A stretch of DNA of 64,000 nt, taken from the NCBI RefSeq assembly GCF_963921235.1, contig NC_086097.1, positions 109,060,001-109,124,000 on the forward strand, given 5' to 3'. The first letter of the stretch is position 1; each line of letters begins with the position of its first letter. The translations under genes and the position numbers were made by a program. The notes beneath the pieces were generated by a model that saw only the letters and a list, made by a program, of their open reading frames with translations, did not search any database and was not told the DNA's origin. Source of the stretch: Mobula hypostoma (Eukaryota). Shown piece by piece: positions 13,702-24,378 of the stretch.

Positions 13702-16304
13702 GTACCTCTTCCTAGAGGTGCTGCCTGGCCTGCTGTGTTCACCAGCAACTTTGATCTGTGTTGCTTGAATTTCCAGCATCTGCAGAATTCCTCATGTCTG
13801 TGGGTCAGGCAACATGGATGGAGGGAAATAGACAGTCAATGCTTCCAGTCAAGATCCTTTATCAGGATTGGAAAGAGAGAGAAGAGACTTTAAAAAAAAA
13901 TGAGGCAGAAGAGTTTAGTGGAAAGTAGAATAAAAGGGTGGAAGGAAGTAGTGTGGATGGTGGGCAGATTGAGAGGGTGGGGGAGGAAATCAGTGTAACT
14001 GGAAACAAATGAGTTAGAGGGGAGTGGTTCCTGGAAATAAGAGAAATCTATGTTCATGTTGTCAGGTTGGAGACTACCTCATATACCACCTTGGTAGTCT
14101 CCAAGCTGACAGAATGTACATCGATTTCTGTAACTTCCAGTAATCACTCCTGGCTTTTCCCTTTATTGTGGCTTTATCCCACAGGTTCATATCACCCCTT
14201 GTCATCCCATCACCGACTCTTTAAATCTGCCAATTGCCCAGACATTCCTCCCACTGATTCGTCTCGCCACCCCTTCCCTTCATTCCATTTTTATTCTCCT
14301 CTACCATAAAATTCCATCTTCTTTAGTCCTTTGTCACTTTCACCTATCATCTCCCAGTTTTTTCAAACCATTGTCAATCTCCTCGTTCCTCACCTACCTA
14401 TCACTTGGGTTTATTTATTGAGATACAGCACAGAGTGGGCTCTTTCTTGCACTGCCCCCAAGCCCTAATTTAACCCTTGCCTAATCACAGCACAATTTAC
14501 AATGACCAATTAACCTACCAACCCGTATATCTTTGGACTGTGGGAGGAAACTGCAGCACCCGGAGGAAATCCATGTGGCCAAGGGACAGACAGTGGTGGG
14601 AAATGAACCCATTTTGCTGGTTTTGGAAAGTGTTGTGCTAACCACTACGCTACTGTGGATCCACAAATCACCCGCCAGCTCTGGCTGCCCTCACCTCGTT
14701 ATACTGAATATTTCTTCTCTTTCTTTCCAGTCTCGATGAAGGGTTTTGATTTGAAACAGTGACTCTCCATTTCCCTCCATAGGTGTTGCCTGACCCACTT
14801 TGGTCTTCCAGTGTTTTGTACAGTGCTGGTAATGAGAGAATTTTTTTTCTTTAGACTGGAGCAAAATGATTAGTGGAGTTTCCCCGTAGTTCTTACAGAA
14901 TCACTGCTTTTCTTAATGATTTGGTCTTGATTGCCAAGGACTTAAATTGGATAATGTACACCTTGGATGCCTATTGAATTGTGAGGAGGATAATTAGAGA
15001 TGGAAGAGAGATATAGACAAGCTGGTGGAATAGGTGATTGCATGGCAGATGTAATGCTGCGAAATAAAGTGAGTTATTTTTTGCAGGGGAGTCATAACAA
15101 CAGAGTAATAAGGCAGGAAACTAGTCTATGTTGACATCCATAGTCATCCCAGTTGCCCACATTCGGCCCATGATCTACAAAACCCTTCACCTCCATGTGA
15201 TTTTCCAAATGTCTCACAGGTGTTGCAGTTGTACTCACTTGAACCACTTCCTTTTGCAACTCACTGCAGGTACTCCCTACCCTATGTGTAAGGAAATTAC
15301 CTCTCAACACTCTTTTCAATCTCACAACTCTTATCTTGTATCTGTGCCTTCTGCTTGTGGACTTCTCAACCCAGTGGAAAAGACTGTGACTGTCTGCCTT
15401 ATACATACCCCTAATGATTTTATAAACTTTTATAGGGTTACCTCTAATTCTGCTGTGTGCCAAGGAATACAAACCCAGGTTGGCCAACCTCTCCCTATAA
15501 ATCAGGCTGCATGCTCGCGAATCTCTTCTGCACCCTCTCCACTTTGCCAATGTCTTTTCTATAATGGGGTGACCGAAACTGTACCCAGTACTCCAAGTGT
15601 GGTCTCATTAGTGACCTGTATAGCTGCAACATAGTATCGCTACTGCAGAACTCAATACCGTGACTAATGAAGGCCAGCATACTAAATGCCTTTTTTTTAC
15701 CACCCTGTCACCTTGTCTACTCCCAGGTCTCAGTTCAATAACACTCGGCAGTGCGCTGCCATTAATTGCATAGGTCCTACCCTGGGATGACTGTCCAAAA
15801 TGCATCGCTTCACACAGGAGCCTGCTGTGAAATCCAGTTGCCATTCCTGTGCTCATTTCCCTAACTGATCAAGATGTCTTTGTAATTCATTTTAACATGC
15901 TTCATTGTCAGTAAGATCCTCTAATTTATGATCACTAGCAGACTTGCGAAATGTACCATGTACATTCATATCCAAATCACTTACATAAATAACAAACAAC
16001 ATGGGTCCCCACACTGACTCCTGGGACATCCCATCACTCACACATCTGTCGTCGGAGAATTGATCTTCAAACATCATCCTCTGCTTCCTCTACCATCAAG
16101 CAATTCTGAATTCACTTTGCCAGCTGCCCCAGAGTTCCACGAAAACTAAACTTTTAGATAACCTGCCATCTGAGGCATTGTCAAAGGCCATATCGACAAC
16201 ATCCACAGCTTTACCTTCATCTATCCCCTGAGGTAGTCATCCCTAGGCTACAGGGGTCAGAAAACTGGGTCACTGTCAAGAGAGGGAAGGGAAATGCCCG
16301 GATA

Positions 16305-16960
16305 GTGGAGAGCAGACCTGTAGCTGTCCCCCTCAGCAACAAATATCTTGTTCTGGGTGCTGTTGAGGGGGATGACCTGACAGGGGACGCCCACGGTGAC
16401 CGGGTCTCTGGCATTGAGCCTGGCGCTGTTGTGCAGGAGAGAAGGAGGGAGGAGAGAAGGAGGGAGAAGAGAAATGCGGTAGTCGTAGGGGATTCCATAG
16501 TCAGGGGAACAGACAGGAGATTCTGTAAGCCTGACAGAGATACCCGCATGGTGTGTTGCCTCCCAGGTGCCAGGGTACGGGACGTCTCGGATCGGGTCCT
16601 GAACATTCTAAAGGGGGAGGGTGAGCAGCTAGTTGTCTTGGTACATGTTGGTACCAATGACATAGATAGGACAAAGGAGAAGGTCCTGAAGAGAGATTTA
16701 CAGGAGTTAGGAAGGAAGCTGAGAAGCAGGACCTCCAGGGTAGTAATCTCGGGATTGCTACCTGTGCCACGTGCCAGCGAGGGCAAGAGTAGTCGGATCA
16801 GGCAGATGAATGTCTGGCTGAGAGACTGCTGTAGGGGGCAGGGCTTCAGATTCTTGGATAATTGGGATCTCTTCTGGGGGGAAGTATGACCTGCTCAAAA
16901 AGGACAGGTTACACCTGAACCCGAAAGGGACCAATGTCCTTGCGGGAAAGTTTAATGGAG
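16305..16960 (+). pseudogene. CR1 ORF1 SGNH/GDSL esterase domain (frameshifted near the C-terminus)
   Basis: VVVGDSIVRG...CLPGARVRD...VHVGTNDI. The D-x-L-H block (KDRLHLN) continues in another frame after the G-run near 16876. Confidence 0.88.
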
Positions 16961-18042
16961 CTGTTAGGGAGGGTTTAAACTAATTTGGCAGGGGGATGGG
17001 AACCGGAATGATAGAGCGGAGGAAGGGGAAAACAGAAATAAATCTAAGATAGTGAGCAGTAAAAATGTCAGGAAAGACAGGCAGGTGATGGGGCAAATTT
17101 GAAGCCATGGGGATGAGTTGCAATGCGATAAAGTTGCAGTGAAATCAAAGCGAAAAGTATCAAATACTGGTCTTAAGGTGTTGTACTTAAATGCACGCAG
17201 CATAAGGAATAAAGTGGATGATCTTGTTGTGCATCTACAGATTGGCAGGTATGATATTGTGGCCATCACTGAGACCTGGCTAAAGGATGCATGTCTCTGG
17301 GAGCTGAATGTCCAAGGATACATGGTGTATCGGAAGGATAGGAAGGTAGGCAGAGGGGAAGGCGTGGCTTAATTGGTAAGAAATGATATTAAGAAATGAT
17401 ATTAAATCATTAGAAAGAGGTGATATAGGATCGGAAGGTACAGAATCTTTATGGGTTGAGCTAAGAAATAACAGGGATAAAAGGACCCTGAAGGCAGTTA
17501 TTTATAGGCCTCCAAACAGCTGCAGGGATGTGGACTACAAATTACAACTGGAAATAGAAAAGGCTTTTCAGAAGGGCAGTGTTATGACAATTGTGGGGGA
17601 TTTTACCATGCGAGTGGATTGGGAAAATCAAGTCGGCACTGGATCTCAAGAGAGAGAATTTGTAGAATGTCTGCGAGATGGCTTTTTAGAACAGCTTGTT
17701 GTTGAGCTCACTAGGGGATCGGCTGTACTGGTTTGGGTATTGTGTAATGAACCGGAGGTGATTAGAGAGATTGAGGTGAAGGAACCCTGAGGAGGCAGTG
17801 ATCATAACATGATTGAGATCACTGTGAAATTAGAAAAAGAGAAGCCGAAATCTGATGTGTCAGTATTTCAGTGGAGTAAAGGAAATTACAGTGGCATGAG
17901 AGAGGAACTGGCTAAAGTTGACTGGAAAGGGACACTGACGGGAAAGACAGCAGAGCAGCAGTGGCTGGAGTTTGTGTGAGAAATGAGGAATGTGCAAGAC
18001 AGGTATATTCCATAAAAGAAGAAATTTTCGAGTGGAAAAAGG

Positions 18043-19981
18043 ATGCAACCATGGTTGACAAGAGAAGTCAAAGCCAAAGTTAAAGCAAAGGAGAGGGCAT
18101 ACAAGGAAGCAAAAATTAGTGGGAAGACAGACGATTGGGAAGTTTTTAAAACCTTACGAAAGGAAACCAAGAAGGTCATTAAGAGAGAAAAGATTAACTA
18201 TGAAAGGAAGCTAGCAAATACTATCAAAGAGGATACTAAAAGCTTTTTCAAGTATATAAAGAGTAAAAGACAGGTGAGAATAGATATAGGACCAGTAGAA
18301 AATGATGCTGGAGAAATTGTAATGGGAGATAAGGAGATGGCAGAGGAACTGAACGAGTATTTTGCATCAGTCTTTACTGAGGAAGACATCAGCAGTATAC
18401 CGGACACTCAAGGGTGGCAGGGAAGAGAAGTGTGCGCAGTCACAATTACAACAGAGAAACTACTCAGGAAGCTGAATAGGCTAAAGGTAGATAAATCTCC
18501 TGGACCAGATGGAATGCACCTTCGTGTTCTGAAGGAAGTAGCTGTGGAGATTGCGGAGGCATTAGCGATGATCTTTCAAAAGTCGATAGATTCTGGCATG
18601 GTTCCAGAAGACTGGAAGATTGCAAATGTCACTCCGCTATTTAAGAAGGGGGCAAGGACGCAAAAAGGAAATTATAGACCTGTTAGCTTGACATCGGTGG
18701 TTGGGAAGTTGTTGGAGTCGATTGTCAAGGATGAGGTTACAGAGTACCTGGAGGCATATGACAAGATAGGCAGAACTCAGCATGGATTCCTTAGAGGAAA
18801 ATCCTGCCTGACAAACCTATTACAATTTTTTGAGGAAATTACCAGTAGGCTAGACAAGGGAGATGCAGTGGGTGTTGTATATTTGGATTTTCAGAAGGCC
18901 TTTGACAAGGTGCCACACATGAGGCTACTTAACAAGATAAGAGCCCATGGAATTACGGGCAAGTTACATACGTGGATAGAGCGTTGGCTGATTGGCAGGA
19001 AACAGAAAGTGGGAATAAAGGGATCCTATTCTGGTTGGCTGCCGGTTACCAGTGGTGTTCCACAGGGATCAGTGTTGGGGCCGCTTCTTTTTACATTGTA
19101 CATCAACGATTTTGATTATGGAATAGATGGCTTTGTGGCTAAGTTTGCTGATGATACGAAGATAGGTGGAGGGGCCGGTAGTGCTGAGGAAACGGAGAGT
19201 CTGCAGAGAGACTTGGATAGATTGGAAGAATGGGCAGAGAAGTGGCAAATGAAGTACAATGTTGGAAAGTATATGGTTATGCACTTTGGCAGAAAAAATA
19301 AATGGGCAGACTATTATTTAAATGGGGAGAGAATTCAAAGTTCTGAGATGCAACGGGACTTGGGAGTCCTCGTACAGGATACCCTTAAAGTTAACCTCCA
19401 GGTTGAGTCAGTAGTGAAGAAGGCGAATGCAATGTTGGCATTCATTTCTAGAGGAATTGAGTATAGGAGCAGGGATGTGATGTTGAGGCTCTATAAGGTG
19501 CTGGTGAGACCTCACGGAGTACTGTGGGCAGTTTTGGTCTCCTTATTTAAGAAAGGATGTGCTGACGTTGGAGAGGGTACAGAGAAAATTCACTAGAATG
19601 ATTCCAGGAATGAGAGGGTTAATATATGAGGAACGTTTGTCCGCTCTTGGACTGTATTCCTTGGAGTTTAGAAGAATGAGGGGAGACCTCATAGAAACAT
19701 TTCGAATGTTAAAAGGCATGGACAGAGTGGATGTGGCAAAGTTGTTTCCCATGATGGGGGAGTCTAGCATGAGAGGGCATGACTTAAGGATTGAAGGGCT
19801 CCCATTCAGAACAAAAATGCAAAGAAATTTTTTTAGTCAGAGGGTGGTGAATCTATGGAATTTGTTGCCACAGGCAGCAGTGGAGGCCCAGTCATTGGGT
19901 GTATTTAAGGCAGAGATTGATAGGTATCTGAGTAGCCAGGGCATCAAAGGTTATGGTGAGAAGGCGGGGGAGTGGGACTAA
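18043..19981 (+). pseudogene. CR1 ORF2 reverse transcriptase and C-terminal region (517-aa open stretch, then a frameshift)
   Basis: ORFs 18043..19596 and 19559..19981 carry non-LTR RT motifs (QHGF, DFQKAFDKV, PQGSVLGP, FADD). Confidence 0.93.
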
Positions 19982-21936
19982 ATAGGAGAATGGATCAGCT
20001 CATGATAAAATGGCGGAGCAGACTCGATGGGCCGAATGACCTACTTCTGCTCCTTTGTCTTATGGTCTTATGGTCTTACTTAGCTTTTTGAAAAAAATCT
20101 CCAAAAGGCTCACCCGACATGACTTTCCACTCACAACCCACATTCACTGTTCCAGATCAGGCCTTGACTATCCAAAAGATGGTAGATCTTGTCCCTCAGA
20201 ATTTCTTCCAATAACTTGATAGCAACTAAAGTCAGGCTCACCGGGCTGTATACCCTGGCCTGTCTTTGCTACACCTCTTGAACAATAGAGCAGCATCAGC
20301 TATATGCCAGTCTTCTGTCACATCACTAATGATAAAGCAAATATCTCTACAAAAGCCTCTACAATTTCTTCTCTGGCCTTCCAAAACGCTTGTGGGTTTG
20401 GTCAGTCCCTGAGAACTTGCTTACCTTCAAGGCTGCAAATAAGTTCTTCCTTGTAATATGCAAATGTTCCAAGACCTACTTATTACCCACATTTCTTTGG
20501 CATTCTTGATATTCTCTTTAGTAAGCACAAAGGAGAAATAGACATTAAAAGTCTTGGTTATTTCCTGAAGCTCCACACATCGACGCCTTGATGGTCATAA
20601 GGAGGACCTTGTCCCTCCCTGGTCACAATTTTACTGTTAATATAATGCAAAAACCTCGGAATTATTTTTAACCCTGCCTGCTAAATCCATCTCAGAAACG
20701 TTTTTTGCCATTCTAACTTCCCTTTTTAGCCTGCTCTCCAGCTACTGTAGCATTTGGATTCTTGTTATGACCCTTTTAAAGTTGTCCTGTTTATTACCTA
20801 TTCCTTTGCTTTTATAGAGAGTCACATAGTCGCCCCTAGCTAGATCCTGCCTAATGCCCTCAAAGCTGGCCTTTGTCTATTTTTTCCATGACTATTTTAA
20901 AACTAATAGTGAATTTAAAACTAAAACTGAAACTGGACCAGTAGAGCTCTCCAAATGCTACTTCAATTACTTGGCCCACCACATTCCCTAAGAGGAGGCC
21001 AGTATTGCTCCTCCTTGAGCAGGCTCCTGTGTATATTCTGTGAGGAAGCTGTCTTGGATATACCACACAAATTCTGCCCTTTCCAGGACCTTTGCACTCT
21101 ACATGGCCTAATCAGTACTGGGATAATGGATGGCACAATAGCATAGTGGCTGGTGCATTGCTTTAGAGCACCAAAGGCTTGGGTTCAATTCTGTAAGGAG
21201 TTTGTACACATGGATTTCCTCCAGGTGCTCTGGTTTCCTCCCACATTCCAAAGATGTACAGGTTAGTAGCTTACTAGGCTTACTAAGGTGTAGTTGGGGG
21301 GTGTTAACTTGTTGGGCCAAAAGGGCCTGTTGCTGTGATGTATGTCTAAATAAAAAAAATTGATATCTCTCACCAGTACTGATCTACTATAAGTGTAAGA
21401 AAGAATATAGACCTATGAGCACAATTCTAAGGTGCAATAAGATATATATGGACATAACTTGTCAAATGAAAGACCGGTTGAGAAAATTATTTAAAGCCTC
21501 ATACCATGATCGTGGGCTTTATAAACAGATGCATGGAGTACATGAGTAAGTGAGTTCTCATGAACATGGTCTACCTAGCAATGAACTACAGTATTCAGTC
21601 CTGGGTGGCTCTGCTCAGAAAGGCTATAAACCTTTGCCAAGTGTGTAAAAGAGGTTTACCAAAATATTCTAGGAAGTATTATATATGAATAATGTGGATA
21701 CTTGGGTTTATTCTCCTAGCTCTGTTCTCATAAGTGGAAGGTTATGAGGAGCTCTGAGGGGGAATTGAAATCCTGAAGCAGATGGCCAGAACAAATCAAG
21801 AGAAGCAAGGCAATTGTCAAGAACTAAGGACGATGAATGAATGTGTTCAGATGAAAAAAAAAGTGAATGAAGAGCAACACACTTAAAAGTTGCTGGTGAA
21901 CGCAGCAGGCCAGGCAGCATCTCTAGGAAGAGGTGC

Positions 21937-21972
21937 AGTCGACGTTTCAGGCCGAGACCCTTCGTCAGGACT
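21937..21972 (-). ncRNA. Minimal type-I hammerhead motif in a solo Penelope insert (21874-22001)
   Basis: Reverse complement is identical to 13666-13701. Insert flanked by AAAGTGAATGAAGA (21860-21873 and 22002-22015). Confidence 0.85.
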
Positions 21973-22784
21973 AACTGAAGGAGGAGTGAGTAAGGGATTT
22001 GAAAGTGAATGAAGATTTTTTTTACTAAGGTTTATAATGCACCTGCAGAGATTCTGTTGAGATCTGGAGAAGTATCGGAAAGGAAAGCGTTTGCAAAGCA
22101 GTGGACAGGGCTAGTCAGGGGGAATAGCTGGAATGAACCTGACGAAAGCCAGTACAGGCTTGATTGACTGAATAGCCTCATTTGCGCTGTAGCTATTTAT
22201 TTCATGATTTGCCTTCCCCCAAATGTCTAAATCTTCATACACCACACCTATAGTCTCTTTTTTTAAAGGTTTCCAGACTTGCTATTGGTGTGTCTCATGA
22301 ATCAATACAGTTTCTTTAGGTAGTGGAAAACCATGGTTATGAGGCAAATTGTGCACGAAGGAAAATCGACTGTATAAGTGAGGTAGCGTAGCAGTTAGCA
22401 ATGGCTTTCTAGCACTAACCTGTAAGATTGGGATGCGATTCCCACTACGGCCATAGCGAGTTTGCATGTTCCCTTTCGACCACTTGAGTTTCCTCCAGAT
22501 GCTGTGGGTTCATCCCACATTCCAGAGGTGTAGGTTTAGGGTTACTGAGTTCTGAGCATGCTATGATGGCACCAGAAGCACAGCAACACTTGCAGGCTGC
22601 CCAGAGCAATCCTCACTGATTCGATTTGAGTCAAAACAACACATTTCACTGTACGTTTTGATGTACTGTACATGTGATAAATAAAGCTAATCTGATCTTT
22701 AAAGTGGAATAAAATGCCGCAGATCGATTTTTAATGTGGGAAATGTGAGATTAGAAGGGAAGGATAGAAGAACATGCTTTTTAA

Positions 22785-23075
22785 CGGTAGTGTAGCAGTT
22801 AAATAATTTTATTGCAGCTCGGCATGTCAGAGTTCGGAGTTCAATTCCAGTGTCCTTGGTAAGAAGTTTGTACGTCCTTTGTGTGAGAGTGTGTGTTTCC
22901 CCCACGTGCTCAACTTTCTTCCTACAATCCAAAGACGTACCATTTAGCAGGTTAATTGGTCACTGTAAATTGCCCTGTGATTAGGCTAGGGCTAAATCAG
23001 TGGGTTGCTGGGTGATACTGCTCATTGGGCTAGAAGGGCCTGTTCCACACTGTATCTCTATATAAATAAATAAAT
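22785..23075 (+). mobile_element. tRNA-derived V-SINE (HE1-like); other copies ~10420-10600(-), 14405-14657(-), 21130-21355(+), 22380-22695(+), 25262-25510(+), 27780-28470(+, split), 28540-28860(+), 33105-33315(-), 34270-34560(-), 40590-40900(+), 45990-46170(-), 59640-59830(-)
   Basis: Pol III A/B-box-like head (ggtagtgtagc...gttcaattcc), conserved core ggtttcctccrggtgctccggtttcctcccacaktccaaagaygt, and an A-rich tail. Confidence 0.8.
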
Positions 23076-23701
23076 AGTTAAAGAATTTCAAATGTGGATT
23101 ACTGCAGAAGATCTCGGTATGTTCAATTTTGAAATATAGAAATTAAGTACTTAGGTTCAGTTGGCAAATGGGATGCTGTTCCTGACTGGAGTACAAAGTA
23201 AGGAATATTTGCTGAGATTTTGCAGGGCTCTGGTGAAAATTCAGTTGGAATACTATAATTAGTTTTGATCTCTGAACCAAAATACTTGTCTTGGAGTTGT
23301 TAGGATGTATTCTGCAGTTAGGCTATATATCAAATATTAACTTCACCATCAACCAATCTTCAGGCTTGAACATGGATTATAGATTGAATTGAAAAAGCAG
23401 CCTTGAACAGTAGTTTTCTTGGAACTGTGGACTGGAATTGACTACAAACCAGACAATGCTGATTAACATTGATTTTGGGTGTCTGGAATGTGAGTGCAAA
23501 GAAGGAGGTGTGTAAAAGCTATGCATAATTCAAAAGAAGTATTATAGATACATTGTAACTATAGAGGTGTCCTGCTCTTACCTTTGACCTTTAGCATATG
23601 AAAAAGGGTTGTGTAATATTTGTTCAGCCAGGCCTTTTCCAACAGAGCGTCTCAATATGATGCCTGCTGCTCGTTTTTGTTGAATAAAATACTTCTATAT
23701 C

Positions 23702-23739
23702 CAGTCCTGACGAAGGGTCTCGGCCTGAAACGTCGACTG
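23702..23739 (+). ncRNA. Minimal type-I hammerhead motif in a solo Penelope insert (23704-23798)
   Basis: CAGTC-CTGACGA-AGGGTCTCGGCCT-GAAA-CGTC-GACTG. Insert flanked by TACTTCTATATCCA (23690-23703 and 23799-23812). Confidence 0.87.
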
Positions 23740-24311
23740 CACCTCTTCCTACAGATGCTGCTTGGCCTGCTGCGTTCACCAGCAACTTTAATGTGTGTTA
23801 CTTCTATATCCACTAGCTTCAATGTCTCTCCAGTGATTTTGTTCATGCTATAACAGGTCAGGAATCAGTGTCGTCTAGATTCACCATGTTTGTTCTTATA
23901 AGAGTAGGTTGAGCTATGAATAGCAATTGAGCAAGTTTGGCTATAGTAACTGGAATTTGGGAGAGTTCTTAAGCGTTCTTACTGAGGCATGTGGGATTCC
24001 AATAAATCTGCTGGAAGGTCCTGGTTCTGAAACATGGTTTACTGCCCTTTCCACAGAGGTTGCCTGACCTGCTGAGTTTTTCCTATTGTTTTCTATTTCT
24101 CTTTCAGATTTCTACCACATGCAGTTATTTCTGATTTTCACGTGAGATTCTAAGTGATTTTGACAGGGTAGATGCTGACAGATTGTTTCTTTTAGCTGTG
24201 GAATCCAACACTAGCAGAGCATTTGACTATGTCCATTAGTTTTCATTCACTAATGTTATTATTGCAGATGTATCATTACAACACTAACTTTGCATTTTCT
24301 AAACTGAACAG

Positions 24312-24378
24312 AATGTACCGACGTACTTCAAATATGGTTGGACTAAGCTACCCTCCTTCAGTCATCGATGTCTTAAAG
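24312..24378 (+). CDS. PDE1C: PDE1C exon C (67 nt)
   Basis: cag|A...AAG|gtactt. MYRRTSNMVGLSYPPSVIDVLK, also visible inside ORF 24223..24435. Confidence 0.93.

Larger units (their letters stand above)
13312..13799 (+). mobile_element. Penelope-like element end with an inverted pseudo-LTR (arms ~13313-13458 and ~13617-13763)
   Basis: ~145-bp inverted arms, each with a hammerhead. The right arm has a ~35-nt extra tail. Flanked by GTGGGTCAG at 13303-13311 and 13800-13808. Confidence 0.85.
13234..14825. mobile_element. Older Penelope-like inverted element hosting the 13312-13799 element and a SINE
   Basis: TSD CTGGTAATGAG (13223-13233 and 14826-14836). Degenerate hammerheads at ~13833-13870(-) and ~14728-14765(+). 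GIY-YIG C-terminal remnant (..HLGSLQ..) at the inversion junction near 14090. Confidence 0.75.
16226..20078 (+). mobile_element. Young, 5'-truncated CR1-type LINE (ORF1 esterase + ORF2 APE endonuclease/RT), inactivated
   Basis: ORF1 has SGNH motifs GDS, PGA, GTND. ORF2 pieces include LYLNARSIRNK, ITETWL, IYRPP, GDF, SDH, NYRPVSLTS, GVPQGSVLGP and FADD. The 3' tail is (TCTTATGG)n. Several stops/frameshifts, including a 13-bp tandem duplication at 17377-17402. Confidence 0.95.
15092..21100 (-). mobile_element. Older CR1 LINE on the minus strand, split by the young CR1 (pieces ~15092-16225 and ~20079-21100)
   Basis: Minus ORFs LAFISHGIEF/RPHLEYWVQF/GMSQESVWGP. The RT sequence reads through the two junctions when 16226-20078 is removed. 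Confidence 0.8.

Noticed and set aside
13151..13893. Recurring short ORFs sharing AGQAASLGRGTVDVSGRDPSSG (also ~21708, ~23620)
   Set aside because: They are translations of the non-coding Penelope terminal repeat and hammerhead, not a peptide family.
16305..16889. Stand-alone GDSL/SGNH lipase gene
   Set aside because: It is CR1 ORF1 directly upstream of ORF2. Esterase domains in CR1-clade ORF1 are known, and this one is frameshifted before the catalytic His.
18043..19596. 517-aa RT as a possible retron, DGR, group II intron or domesticated gene
   Set aside because: The motifs, upstream APE endonuclease, esterase ORF1 and tandem 3' tail mark an ordinary CR1 LINE with disabling mutations.
22785..22860. 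tRNA genes at A/B-box-like motifs
   Set aside because: These are SINE heads that continue into the V-core, and no cloverleaf could be formed.
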